Origin: Thermoanaerobaculia bacterium | Lineage (GTDB): Bacteria; Acidobacteriota; Thermoanaerobaculia; Gp7-AA8 | Direction: 5' to 3' | DNA: 64,000 bases | Assembly (NCBI GenBank): GCA_036488085.1 | Contig: DASXHZ010000058.1 | Coordinates: 69,468 to 133,467, forward strand | In this document: positions 9,965 to 19,893 of the stretch, in pieces | Layout: every line of letters starts with the position of its first letter | Position numbering within the stretch: the stretch's first letter is position 1 | Position numbers and translations under genes: made by a program | Notes under the pieces: model-generated | Databases searched by the model: none | What the model was told of the DNA's origin: nothing | What the model saw: the letters and a program-made list of their open reading frames with translations, nothing else

Positions 9965-10091
9965 GGGTATCACTCTATCCTGAGGAGCCGAAGGATCGGT
10001 TGCGTCTCGCGCGGTTTGCGTAGCTGGCGCGCAAGTTACGCAAGACCTGAACGCCACCCGCTCCGCGCTCAGGAGATAAACTGCGTGACCG

Positions 10092-10775
10092 ATGCCCGTT
10101 CGCCACGACCGCAAAGTGTCGATCCTCGATGTCATGGGCCCGGTGATGGTCGGACCTTCGTCTTCGCATACGGCCGGCACGGCGCGTCTTGGGCGCGTGG
10201 CGCGTGAGATCCTCGACGAGGAGCCGGTCGACGTTCACTTCTATCTCCACCCGCCGCTCGCCGCGACGTACCGCGGCCACGGCTCCGATTTCGCGCTCGC
10301 GGGCGGGTCGATCGGGCTCAACGTCGATGATCCCCGCATCCCGGAGGCGATCCGCATTGCGGAGCAGATGGGCGTCGAGATCGCCTTCTCGGAAGAGGAC
10401 CTCGGCGAGGTGCACCCGAACACGGTACGAATCGAGATCCGCGGGAAGACGCGCCAGGCAGAGATCGTTGGCTCGTCGATCGGCGGCGGGGTCATCGAGG
10501 TCTTCAACATCAATGGCTTCCAGACGAGGTTCAAGGGCGACTCGCCAACGCTCCTCCTCTTCTACCGAGACCGCCCCGGCATGATCTCGGAAGTCACGCG
10601 CATCATCGCCGAGGAGGGGATCAACATCGCGTCGCTGTACTGCTCGCGCAAACAGCGCGGCAAAGACGCCTTCATGCAGATCGACGTCGACTCGCCCCTC
10701 GGCAAGACCGCAATCGACCGCATCTGCGGCATCGGCGACGTCGCGGAGGCGAAGTACCTGGACCGGATACCGTAG
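10092..10775 (+). CDS. sdaAB: L-serine dehydratase, iron-sulfur-dependent, beta subunit
   Basis: SILDVMGPVMVGPSSSHTAG N-terminus plus a C-terminal ACT-like domain. Confidence 0.88.
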   Translation: MPVRHDRKVSILDVMGPVMVGPSSSHTAGTARLGRVAREILDEEPVDVHFYLHPPLAATYRGHGSDFALAGGSIGLNVDDPRIPEAIRIAEQMGVEIAFSEEDLGEVHPNTVRIEIRGKTRQAEIVGSSIGGGVIEVFNINGFQTRFKGDSPTLLLFYRDRPGMISEVTRIIAEEGINIASLYCSRKQRGKDAFMQIDVDSPLGKTAIDRICGIGDVAEAKYLDRIP

Positions 10776-10866
10776 CGTTACCCGTTATCCGTTATCGCCG
10801 GGGCTCTCCGATAACGGGTAACGGGTAACGGATAACGCCTCTGGAAGCCTTTCACCTCGCCCAGCG
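10776..10866. repeat. Imperfect hairpin built from YCCGTTA/TAACGGR heptamers between sdaAB and sdaAA
   Basis: GCGTTACCCGTTATCCGTTATCG...CGATAACGGGTAACGGGTAACGGATAACGC. Confidence 0.8.
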
Positions 10867-11817
10867 TTGACCCTACCGATGATCGAATCTTTCAAGCAGC
10901 TCGAAGAGGCCGGCCGCGATCGCGACATTGCGGATGTTTTTCTCGAGGTCGACGAACAGGAGCACGGGGTTCCGGGGGAGCAGATCCTCGCTTCGCTCGC
11001 GAAGCGGCGCGAAGTGATGCGCGACTGTGTGGAGCGCGGGAAGAGCGGCGGCATCTCGATGGGGAAACTCGTCGGGAACGAGGCGAAGAAGCTGAATGAA
11101 GCGTTCGCCGCCGGCAAGACCTTTCTCGACCCGCTGACCATTAAGGCCGAGCTCTACGCGCTCGCCGTGATGGGGGAGAACTCGCGGATGGGCGTCATCG
11201 TCGCGGCACCGACGGCAGGTGCGGGAGGCGTCGTTCCCGGCATGTTGCTGGCGCTCGAGGAAGAGCGGCACGTCGATCCGGAGAAGACCGTGCGCGCGCT
11301 CGTGGTCGCAGGCGGCATCGGCTCGATCGTGGCCCTATCGGCGAACATCAGCGGCGCTGCCGGCGGTTGCCAGAACGAAGTGGGCGTTGCCTCGGCCATG
11401 GGAGCGGCGGCGGTCGCATACATGATGGGCGGCGACACGCACACGTGCATTCACGCCGCGGCGCTGGCGCTCAAGAACACCCTCGGGCTCGTGTGCGATC
11501 CGGTCGGCGGCCTCGTCGAGGTGCCGTGCGTGAAGCGCAACGCGCTCTTCGCGGTGCACGGCCTGACGGCGGCGCAACTCGCCCTGGCGGGCGTCGACTC
11601 GGTCATCCCGATGGACGAAGTCGTCGAGGCGATGGTTCGCATCGGCCGCGCGTTGCCGCGCGGCCTCAAGGAGACGGCCGAAGGCGGTCTCGCGACGACG
11701 CCCACCGGCTGCGCGATCGGCCAGCGGTTGAAGGACGAAGCAAATCAGCGGCGTGCTGAACGCGCCGCCGAGCGCGAGCGCGTCGCCTTGGAGCGCAAGG
11801 AGCAAGTACATCCGTAG
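10867..11817 (+). CDS. sdaAA: L-serine dehydratase, iron-sulfur-dependent, alpha subunit
   Basis: Conserved alpha-chain blocks (AAPTAGAGGVVPG, GGCQNEVG, LVCDPVGG). Confidence 0.88.
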   Translation: MTLPMIESFKQLEEAGRDRDIADVFLEVDEQEHGVPGEQILASLAKRREVMRDCVERGKSGGISMGKLVGNEAKKLNEAFAAGKTFLDPLTIKAELYALAVMGENSRMGVIVAAPTAGAGGVVPGMLLALEEERHVDPEKTVRALVVAGGIGSIVALSANISGAAGGCQNEVGVASAMGAAAVAYMMGGDTHTCIHAAALALKNTLGLVCDPVGGLVEVPCVKRNALFAVHGLTAAQLALAGVDSVIPMDEVVEAMVRIGRALPRGLKETAEGGLATTPTGCAIGQRLKDEANQRRAERAAERERVALERKEQVHP

Positions 11818-11864
11818 ATGTGATCTGCATCGATCGATCGAGCAGTTCCGCTCGCGCGTCACGC

Positions 11865-12449
11865 CTACTTGAACGACGCCAGCCTCGTCCCGATGTAGAT
11901 CGAGTTCACATTCAGGCCGGGGTTCCGCTCCGCGATCACGCCGTTCGAGATGTGGAAGAAGCGCCAGCCGATGTGCAGCGGCGTCCTCGACTGCGGGAAG
12001 AAGACGGCGCCGATGGCGAGCTGCGACTGGAAGTTGACGTGTGACGTCGTCGCCGGAACCTCGCGCATCGACCACATCGGGCCGGAGCCGATCTCGAGGA
12101 ACGGTTGCGCGCGATTCGATCCGGTGCGCCAGAGGTGCCGCGCGTAGAGGCCGAGACCGAACGCCTTCACCTGGTTCGTCGCTGCGCCGAGGTGGTACGG
12201 GTCCCACTCGCGCGGCTGATCGACGTCGCTGAAGATGAACGTCGTGCCGATCTCGGTGTGCGAGATCCAGCGCTGCACCCGTTTCGAATCCCACACGAGC
12301 TCGAGCTGCGCCGACCCGATGCGGGCTTGGCCGTGCCAGTTCTGCATGCTCACCCCGCCGGAGAAATAGCCGTTGAGATCGCGTGGTCCGGCGAGAGAGG
12401 GAAGGGACAAAGCTGCCGCCAGCAGAAAGCTCGCGATCGATGTGCGCAT
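11865..12449 (-). CDS. Outer-membrane lipid A deacylase (PagL)-like acyloxyacyl hydrolase
   Basis: Signal peptide, beta-barrel-like composition, C-terminal HISNG...F (His/Ser dyad of the PagL family). Confidence 0.5.
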   Translation of the reverse strand: MRTSIASFLLAAALSLPSLAGPRDLNGYFSGGVSMQNWHGQARIGSAQLELVWDSKRVQRWISHTEIGTTFIFSDVDQPREWDPYHLGAATNQVKAFGLGLYARHLWRTGSNRAQPFLEIGSGPMWSMREVPATTSHVNFQSQLAIGAVFFPQSRTPLHIGWRFFHISNGVIAERNPGLNVNSIYIGTRLASFK

Positions 12450-12455
12450 GTTCGG

Positions 12456-14921
12456 CTAAGGATAATACCCGCGAATCGTCTTCGCGCGCCCTTCGGTGAC
12501 CTGCACGGTCACGTCGCGCCACTTGCCGCCTGGCTTGACGTCGTTGCCTGGGTAGAAGCCGAGGATGTACTGCGAGCGGAGCTCGTTATGGATGTCGTCG
12601 TAGATCTTCCCGAGCTGCGAGGCGGAATCGATCGCGTACATGTTTCCGCCGGTTTCGCCGCAGAAGGCGGCGAGTTGGTGCTTCACCTTGAGGTCCGCCC
12701 CCTTGAGGCCGACGGCGATCGCATAGATTGGGACCCCGGAGCGGCGCGCGTACTCCAATGCCTGATCGAACGTGTACTTCGAGGTGGTGTCGCGGCCGTC
12801 GGTGATGACCACCAGCGCCTTCGACCCCTTCACGCCGACGAAGTTGTAGAGCGAGTAGACGATCGCGTCGTACAGCGCCGTCGACTCCTCGGCGCGCAGC
12901 TTCGAGAGCGCGGTATTGAGCTCTTCGCGGCTCGACGACCACGTCTGCGCGACCTGCGGCTGCGAGTCGAACGAGACGAGGAACGCCTTGTCGCCCGGCC
13001 GCAGCACCTTCTCGAGGAACTCGGACGCCGAGGTCCGGGCCTCCGTCATGCGCGGCTGCATCGAGGCGGACGTGTCGATCGCGAGGCCGAGCGAGAGCGG
13101 GAGGTCCTTCACATGTTCGAACTTCGCGAGCTTGACCGGTTTTCCTTCGTCCAAGACTTTGAACGCGGATTGGTCGAGCGTGGTCACAGGACGTCCATGC
13201 GCCAGGACGGTCGTCGGCAACTCGACGAGGTGCACGTTCACTTCCTCGAGCTGTGAAGGTGCGTTCACGATCACCGTATCCTCGGACGTCGTGCCGTCGT
13301 CCAGCGTCGCTACCGCGCGGATGTAGCCGATCTGATCGCGGGAACCGACGTCGATCGTCTGCACGTACGGCGGATCGTGCAGCGTCGCGACCTTGTTCTC
13401 GTTCCAGAAGAGATCGACGCCTCGGAGAGCGTGTCCCTTCGGTACGCGGAGGTCGAGCAGGACGCGCGTTCGTCCCACGATTCGCGGCGGCGTCACACGC
13501 GGCGACGTGATGCGGACGCGAAACGGATCGGTGCCGGTGTTGACGAGGATCTCGTCGCCGCCGATCGGCTGTTCATGGGCGTCGATCGCGACCACGCGGA
13601 TGCGATGCGTCTGCGGAACGGCGCCGAGGTCGAGATCGAGCGAGAAGGGAGGCGAGCGGCGGACGGCGACCTTGCGGCCGTCGAGCCAGAACTCGACGCC
13701 CTTCGCGTCGTCACCCGCGAGAATCGTGTTGATCGTCTGCACGCCGCTGAGGAGCTCGTCGGGGAGCGGGACGATGCGGATGGCCGGAGTGTTCTCCGTT
13801 GCCGGTTGCTGGTTGGCGGCCTTCTTCTCATCCACTCCCGGCACTTCGAGGTCGCGTTCGATGATCGCCTCGGCTGCCGACGTTCGATCGGACACCTTGA
13901 TGCGGGCAGCGTAGGTACCGGGAGGCAGCATCCGGTCGACCACCAGCGGAAGCATCTCGCGCGCGGTCTCGACCGGGAAGTCGAACCGGTATCGGAAGTT
14001 CTCCCACATCCGGCCGTCGCGCGTCAGCTCGCCGACGAGATCGAGTGCGTATGTCTTCGACTGAGCGACGACCGCCGGCTGAATGGCGGAGCGCGGGATG
14101 TCGATCGACATCTGCACGTCCGTCTTGCCGTTCTCCGCGGCGGGGTAGGCGATGGTCACGCGCGGCTCGATTTTCGCGGCGTTCGGATTCGCGATGACGA
14201 CGCTATGCGCGATCCGTGCGATCAGCTCGGGGTCGACGGGCGGAGGCACGAAGAACTTGTAGAGCCGGTCGGCGTTGTCGGCGGACTGACGCAGGGCGCG
14301 AAGGAGATCGCCACTGGTCACACACTCCTCGTCGAACTTTAATTTGCCCGGTCCGTCGAAGATCTTGTCGTGTTTGAAGAGTTCACTCACGAGGCGGTTC
14401 CGAGGATCGAAGAGCACCCACTCGCGCTCGTCCTGCGGCAGAAAAAAGATCAGGCGCACGGGATGGCCGTACTCCGGCTCGTCGACGAATCCCGGATACG
14501 TCCAGATCTCGATCGGCCGGACGTAGCGCGGACAATCGACTTGCTGGACATCGGCCGGCTCGCCGCGCTGTAGAAAGGTCTTTCCGCGGTCGGTCGTGGC
14601 GCCGTGGTACTTCTCCTTCACGACTTCGAGCCGTTCATAATAGAGCTTGCGGAAAGAGTGGTTCGTCGTCCCTTGCGTCTTGTCGCGCCGCGTCCAGAAG
14701 TCGTCGATGAAGAGATCGCGCTGCGGGTCGGTCTCGAGCGTGAGGAAGGTGTTCAGCTCGGCCGGCGTGATGAGGGGCGTGACGTCGATGAGGAACTGCT
14801 GGTAGTCGTCGCCTAGCTTGGCGATGCGGTCTTTCTGCTCGCGCCGAGTGAGCTCGGACGCCGGCAGGATTGCCGGCGCCGCACAGAAGCTCAGCAGGAC
14901 GGCGAGAACGATCGCTTTCAC
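12456..14921 (-). CDS. Secreted 821-aa protein with C-terminal VWA domain (acidobacterial VWFA-related family)
   Basis: Signal peptide. N-terminal FWTRRDK block. C-terminal VWA domain (KAFLVSFDSQPQ...ALVVITDGRDTTSKY...PIYAIAVG). Paralog of the downstream gene. Confidence 0.75.
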   Translation of the reverse strand: MKAIVLAVLLSFCAAPAILPASELTRREQKDRIAKLGDDYQQFLIDVTPLITPAELNTFLTLETDPQRDLFIDDFWTRRDKTQGTTNHSFRKLYYERLEVVKEKYHGATTDRGKTFLQRGEPADVQQVDCPRYVRPIEIWTYPGFVDEPEYGHPVRLIFFLPQDEREWVLFDPRNRLVSELFKHDKIFDGPGKLKFDEECVTSGDLLRALRQSADNADRLYKFFVPPPVDPELIARIAHSVVIANPNAAKIEPRVTIAYPAAENGKTDVQMSIDIPRSAIQPAVVAQSKTYALDLVGELTRDGRMWENFRYRFDFPVETAREMLPLVVDRMLPPGTYAARIKVSDRTSAAEAIIERDLEVPGVDEKKAANQQPATENTPAIRIVPLPDELLSGVQTINTILAGDDAKGVEFWLDGRKVAVRRSPPFSLDLDLGAVPQTHRIRVVAIDAHEQPIGGDEILVNTGTDPFRVRITSPRVTPPRIVGRTRVLLDLRVPKGHALRGVDLFWNENKVATLHDPPYVQTIDVGSRDQIGYIRAVATLDDGTTSEDTVIVNAPSQLEEVNVHLVELPTTVLAHGRPVTTLDQSAFKVLDEGKPVKLAKFEHVKDLPLSLGLAIDTSASMQPRMTEARTSASEFLEKVLRPGDKAFLVSFDSQPQVAQTWSSSREELNTALSKLRAEESTALYDAIVYSLYNFVGVKGSKALVVITDGRDTTSKYTFDQALEYARRSGVPIYAIAVGLKGADLKVKHQLAAFCGETGGNMYAIDSASQLGKIYDDIHNELRSQYILGFYPGNDVKPGGKWRDVTVQVTEGRAKTIRGYYP

Positions 14922-14925
14922 GACA

Positions 14926-17580
14926 TCACGGATAGTAGCCGTGGATCGTCTTCGCGCGCCCTTCGCTCACCTGCACACTCACGTCATGCCACTTGCTCCC
15001 CGGTTTCACGCCGTCCGGCGGATAGAAGCCGAGGACGTATTGAGAGCGGAGCTCGTTCTGGATGTCGCGGTAGATGGCGCCGAGCTGGGACGCGTTCTCG
15101 ATCGTGTACATGTTGCCGCCGGTCTCGCTGCAGAACTTGGCGAGCTTGTACTTCACGTCGATCTCGGTCGGCTTCATGCCGATCCCGATGGCGTAGATCG
15201 GCACCGCCGCGCGCCGTGCGTACTCGACCGCCTGGTCGAACGAGAACTTCGATGACGTATCCGCGCCGTCGGTGATGACCACGAGCGCCTTCTGCCCCTT
15301 GACGCCGAGGAAGTTGTAGAGCGAGTAGACGATCGCGTCGTAGAGCGCGGTCGACTCCTCGGCGCGCAGTTTCGAGAGAGCCGCGTTCAGGTCGCCGAGC
15401 TTCGCCGACCACTTCTGGATGAGCTGCGGCTGCGTGTCGAAGGAGACGAGGAACGCCTTGTCGCCCGACTTCAGCACGTTCTTGAAGAACTCCGCCCCCG
15501 ACCTCTGCGCCTCCGCCATCCGCGGCTGCATCGAGCCGGAGGTGTCGACCGCCATACCGATTGACAGCGGCAGGTTCGCGACGTGCTCGAACTTCGCGAT
15601 CTTCACCGGCTTCCCTTCGTCGAGCACCTTGAACGACGACTGGCCGAGGGTGTTGATCGGGTGGCCGTTCGCGATGACCGTCGTCGGCAGCTCGACGAGG
15701 TGAACGTTCACCTCCTCCATGAACTGCGGCGTGTTGATCATCACGACGTCTTCGATCGGCGGCGTCGAATCGTCCTTCAGCGTCGCGACGGCGCGGAGGT
15801 ACGCGACGCCTTTGTTCTCCGGGATGTCGATCGTCTGGACGTACGGCGGACCATAGAGCGTCGCCACCGGCGTCTCGTTGTAGTAGAGCTGGAGCTTGTC
15901 GAGCTGCTTCCCGTCGGGCGTCCGCACCGACATCTCGACCTTCGTCTTCCCCTTGAGGTTCATCGCCACGCGCGGCGAGACGATGCGGACCCGGAAGGGA
16001 TCGGTGCCGGTGTTCACGACGATCTCGTCGCCGGTGATGATCTGCCCCTTGTCGTCGATCGCGACGGCGCGGACGTTGTGCACGCGCGGGACTTCGCCGA
16101 AGTCGAGGTCGAGCGTGTACGGCGGCTGCCGTTTCACCATGACTTTGCGGCCGTCGAGGTAGAACTCGACGCCTTTGATCCGGTCGCCGAACGCGATCGT
16201 CTCGATGTGCTGGAAACCCGAGAGGAGGTCTTCCGTGAGCGGGACGATGCGAAGACTCGTCTCGTTCGATTCCATCACGTCCTTGATGGACGTGAGCTGC
16301 GCAGTGGCGTCCGCCTTCTGCTGCTTCGCGACGGCGCTCTCGAAGATCTCCGGGACGTCGAGCTCGTTCTCGACGATCGCCTCGGCGCCGGAGTGCGCGT
16401 CGGTCACGCGGACGCGCGCTTTGTACTTGTTCGGACGGAGGAGCCGGTCGACGACCAGCGGGAACTTGTCGAGCTTTGAATCCGCCGGGAAGTCGAACCG
16501 GTAGCGGAAGTTCTCGAACATCTGGTCGTCTTTGAGGACCTCGCCGGTGACGTCGAAGCTGTAAACCGACGAGCCGCTGACCTCCTTCGCGGTCGCCTTG
16601 TCGCGCGGGATGAGAACCGTGATCTGCGCGTCGGTGCGGCTCCCCATCTTGGCGGGGTACTCGACCTTCATCTCGGCCGGAATCTTCGGCGCGTTCGGGT
16701 TCGCGATGACGATGGAGCGCAGCGTGTTGTGCATCGACTCCGGGTCGACCGGCGGCGGGTCCCAAACCTTCGTGACCAGGTCGGTGGAGTTGAGCTGGCT
16801 CTGCGCGATGGCGCGCATCAGCTCGTCGTAGGTGGTGCCGCACTCCATCTGCAACTGAGTCACGTTCATTTCGCCGGATACCCGGCTATTGAAGACTTTG
16901 TTCGACAGCGCCCCCGGGTCCTCAGTGGGGGTGGTCGCCTCTTCGTCCTGCGACACGAGCTCCGCGAGCGACTGATCGTTCGAGGTGATCGGCGCCCAGA
17001 GTCGGTAGTCGGACTGGCGGCGCGGGACGTAGAAGAGAAAACGGACGTCGTGGCCGAAGCTCGGGATGTAGAAGTACTTCCAGATCTCGATCGGCTGCAG
17101 CATGGTGCCGCAGTTCGGCACGACGATCTCGTTGGGCGGCCCTTGCAGCAGGAACATGTGGGCGCGGTCGTTGGAGAGCTGCTTGAACTTTGCGCGCGCT
17201 TCCTCGATGCGCGCGTAGTACGTATCGCGGAACGAGCTGTTGGTCGTGCCGGCCGCCTTGTCGCGGCGGCGCCAGAACTCGATGATCCAGGCATCGCGCT
17301 GCGGGTCGGTCTCGAGGATCAGGAACGTGTCGCGCTCCAGCGGCATGATGATCGGCTCGACGTCTTCGAGGAACTCCTGGTACTTCTCGGCGAGGTTCTT
17401 GATGCGGTCTTTTCGCTCGCGGCGCGAAAGTTTGCGGACGCCCGGATCCGCGGTGGGGTCCTTCTGTTTCGCCGCCGGCGCCGCATTCGGCTGCGGGTCT
17501 TGCTTCACCGGAGGGTCAGTCTGGGCGATGATGGGTAAAGCGAGAGCGACGGCAACAACTGCGACCGCGATCCTGTTCAT
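14926..17580 (-). CDS. Secreted 884-aa protein with C-terminal VWA domain (paralog of 12456-14921)
   Basis: Signal peptide MNRIAVAVVAVALALP. Same domain order as its neighbour. FWRRRDK block and a VWA MIDAS-like region. Confidence 0.75.
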   Translation of the reverse strand: MNRIAVAVVAVALALPIIAQTDPPVKQDPQPNAAPAAKQKDPTADPGVRKLSRRERKDRIKNLAEKYQEFLEDVEPIIMPLERDTFLILETDPQRDAWIIEFWRRRDKAAGTTNSSFRDTYYARIEEARAKFKQLSNDRAHMFLLQGPPNEIVVPNCGTMLQPIEIWKYFYIPSFGHDVRFLFYVPRRQSDYRLWAPITSNDQSLAELVSQDEEATTPTEDPGALSNKVFNSRVSGEMNVTQLQMECGTTYDELMRAIAQSQLNSTDLVTKVWDPPPVDPESMHNTLRSIVIANPNAPKIPAEMKVEYPAKMGSRTDAQITVLIPRDKATAKEVSGSSVYSFDVTGEVLKDDQMFENFRYRFDFPADSKLDKFPLVVDRLLRPNKYKARVRVTDAHSGAEAIVENELDVPEIFESAVAKQQKADATAQLTSIKDVMESNETSLRIVPLTEDLLSGFQHIETIAFGDRIKGVEFYLDGRKVMVKRQPPYTLDLDFGEVPRVHNVRAVAIDDKGQIITGDEIVVNTGTDPFRVRIVSPRVAMNLKGKTKVEMSVRTPDGKQLDKLQLYYNETPVATLYGPPYVQTIDIPENKGVAYLRAVATLKDDSTPPIEDVVMINTPQFMEEVNVHLVELPTTVIANGHPINTLGQSSFKVLDEGKPVKIAKFEHVANLPLSIGMAVDTSGSMQPRMAEAQRSGAEFFKNVLKSGDKAFLVSFDTQPQLIQKWSAKLGDLNAALSKLRAEESTALYDAIVYSLYNFLGVKGQKALVVITDGADTSSKFSFDQAVEYARRAAVPIYAIGIGMKPTEIDVKYKLAKFCSETGGNMYTIENASQLGAIYRDIQNELRSQYVLGFYPPDGVKPGSKWHDVSVQVSEGRAKTIHGYYP

Positions 17581-17591
17581 GAGTGTCCTCG

Positions 17592-18713
17592 ATGCGGATT
17601 TATCTGGATAACAACGCGACGACGGCGATCCACCCGGACGTGCTCATCACGCTCGACACGATGTTGCGGAACGTCTTTGGAAACGCCTCGTCCATTCATA
17701 AAGAAGGCCAGACCGCACGGCAGGTGATCGAGGACGCGCGCGAGTCGGTGGCGCGCTTGGTCGGCGCCGACGCACGCGAGATCGTCTTTACCAGCGGCGG
17801 TACCGAGTCTAACAACGCCGCGATTTTTGGCGCGGTCTCCACGCTCGGAATTCATCACATCGTGACAACCGCCATCGAGCATCCGTCGGTGCTCGAACCG
17901 GTGGAGGAGCTGCGCCGCCGCGGCCACGACGTCGTTCTCGTGCCGCCGTCACGAAACGGTGTCGTCGACGCGCAGCAAGTCATCGACGCGATTCGCAGCG
18001 ATACGCGGCTCGTCACGGTGATGCTCGCGAACAACGAGACGGGCGTCATTCAGCCGGTCGCGGAGATCGCGCGTGCCTGCCGCGAACGGGGAGTCCACTT
18101 CCACTGCGACGCGGTGCAGGCGGCGGGAAAGATCGGCCTCGACGTGCAGGCGCTCGGCGTCGACACGCTGTCGCTCTCGGCGCACAAGATACACGCGCCG
18201 AAGGGCATCGGCGCGCTCTACGTCCGGCGCGGAACGAAGATGCAGACGCATCTCTTCGGCGGCGCGCAGGAGCGGCGCCGCCGCGCGGGGACGGAGAACG
18301 TGCCGCTCGCCGCCGCGTTCGGCGTCGCCGCGGCGCTGGCGGGCGAATCGGAGTTCAAGCGCGAAGTCGCCGCTCTCCGCGATCGCTTCGAGTCGCTCAT
18401 CGCAGACCTGGGCGTCACGGTCAACGGAGCCGCCGTTCCGCGCGTCCCGAACACGTCCAGCGTCACGTTCCACGACGCGGACGGAGAGGGGATCGTGATC
18501 GGCCTCGATCTCAACGGCATCGCGACTTCCACAGGCTCCGCCTGTTCCTCCGGGCGCATCGAGCCGTCGCACGTGCTGGTCGCGATGGGGCTGCCGGCCG
18601 GGGACGCGAAAGGGACGGTCCGCTTTTCCCTGAGCCGCCTCACGACCGGCGGAGAGATCGACACTACGGTCGCGGTTTTACGGGAAGTTGTTTCGCGTGT
18701 GAGAAAAGTTTGA
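17592..18713 (+). CDS. Cysteine desulfurase (class V aminotransferase, NifS/IscS-like)
   Basis: MRIYLDNNATT N-terminus. PLP-lysine block SLSAHKIHAPKG. Active-site SACSSG. The track uses a GTG at 17583. Confidence 0.85.
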   Translation: MRIYLDNNATTAIHPDVLITLDTMLRNVFGNASSIHKEGQTARQVIEDARESVARLVGADAREIVFTSGGTESNNAAIFGAVSTLGIHHIVTTAIEHPSVLEPVEELRRRGHDVVLVPPSRNGVVDAQQVIDAIRSDTRLVTVMLANNETGVIQPVAEIARACRERGVHFHCDAVQAAGKIGLDVQALGVDTLSLSAHKIHAPKGIGALYVRRGTKMQTHLFGGAQERRRRAGTENVPLAAAFGVAAALAGESEFKREVAALRDRFESLIADLGVTVNGAAVPRVPNTSSVTFHDADGEGIVIGLDLNGIATSTGSACSSGRIEPSHVLVAMGLPAGDAKGTVRFSLSRLTTGGEIDTTVAVLREVVSRVRKV

Positions 18714-18740
18714 TCTCTCTGTGGTGAAATACCGCGTCCG

Positions 18741-19874
18741 ATGTCCGAGTCCCCCATTCTTCAGGGTGATTTGTCCCGCGTCCACCTCCCGGACGTCCTC
18801 AGCTTCGTCTCGATGATCCGCAGGAGCGGGAAGCTCGTACTGCGGAGCAGCGCGATGGAGCGCACCCTGGTTTGGAAGGACGGCGACATCGTCTTCGCTA
18901 CCTCGAACTCGCCCGAGGACTCGCTCGGGTTGTTCCTCCTCAGAAACGGCAAGATCAGTCAGCAGCAGTACGACGAGTCGAAGCGCCGCGTAACGGCGCA
19001 GGTCCGCCACGGAAAGCTGCTCGTCCAGATGGGCGCCATCTCACCGAAGGATCTCTGGTGGGGCGTCAAGAATCAGGCGCTCGACATCATCTACCAGCTC
19101 TTCCACTGGCAGTCGGGGACGTTCGAGTTCGTGGAGACCATGGAGGAGATCTCGAGCGAGAAGATCGTCCTGTCGCTCCACACTTCGAGCGTGATCATGG
19201 AGGGCATCCGCCGGCTCGACGAGTCGGCGCGCATCCGCGAGAAGGTCCCGAACCTCGATGTCGTCTTCATGAAGATCCCGGGAGTGACGCCAGACTTCGA
19301 CGCGCTCGAGATGAGCGATTCCGAGGTCGCGGTGTACAACGACATCGACGGCATGAGGAGCGTGCGCCACCTCATTGCACAGGCGAACGACCTGACGGAG
19401 TTCGACGTCACTCGCATCCTCTTCCAACTCGTATCCGCGCGGCTCATCGAGCCGGCGCCGGAGGAGAAGTCGTTCCGGCCGGTCTTCCTGGACGTCGAGG
19501 ACTCGCCGGAGCTGCTGAAGGTGATCTCCACCTACAACGACATGTTCGGCCGGCTCTATGACGCGCTCCAGCGCGCGGTCGGCGAGGATCAGGCGCGGGA
19601 CATCTTCATGACGGCGTTGCAGCAGGCGGAGGGCGACGACCTCTGGAGCGGCGTCTTCTTCGATCAGTACGGCCGCTTCGACGAGAATATGCTCATCGCG
19701 AACATCTCCGAGCTCCCGTTCGAGCGCCGGAAAGCCGCGCTCGACGAGGGGTTGAACACGCTCCTCTCGGTGGAGCTGTTCGAGGTCTCGCAGCACCTCG
19801 ACGCCGCCGGGAAGGTCGATGTCTTCCGCTTCATCAGCGATCAGAAGGCGAGCCTGGAACGCGTCGGAGCGTAG
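18741..19874 (+). CDS. DUF4388 domain-containing protein
   Basis: N-terminal GDLSRVHLPDVLSFVSMIRRSGKLVL...DGDIVFA pattern typical of DUF4388. Confidence 0.5.
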   Translation: MSESPILQGDLSRVHLPDVLSFVSMIRRSGKLVLRSSAMERTLVWKDGDIVFATSNSPEDSLGLFLLRNGKISQQQYDESKRRVTAQVRHGKLLVQMGAISPKDLWWGVKNQALDIIYQLFHWQSGTFEFVETMEEISSEKIVLSLHTSSVIMEGIRRLDESARIREKVPNLDVVFMKIPGVTPDFDALEMSDSEVAVYNDIDGMRSVRHLIAQANDLTEFDVTRILFQLVSARLIEPAPEEKSFRPVFLDVEDSPELLKVISTYNDMFGRLYDALQRAVGEDQARDIFMTALQQAEGDDLWSGVFFDQYGRFDENMLIANISELPFERRKAALDEGLNTLLSVELFEVSQHLDAAGKVDVFRFISDQKASLERVGA

Positions 19875-19893
19875 TTCCCACTATCATCCGCGT

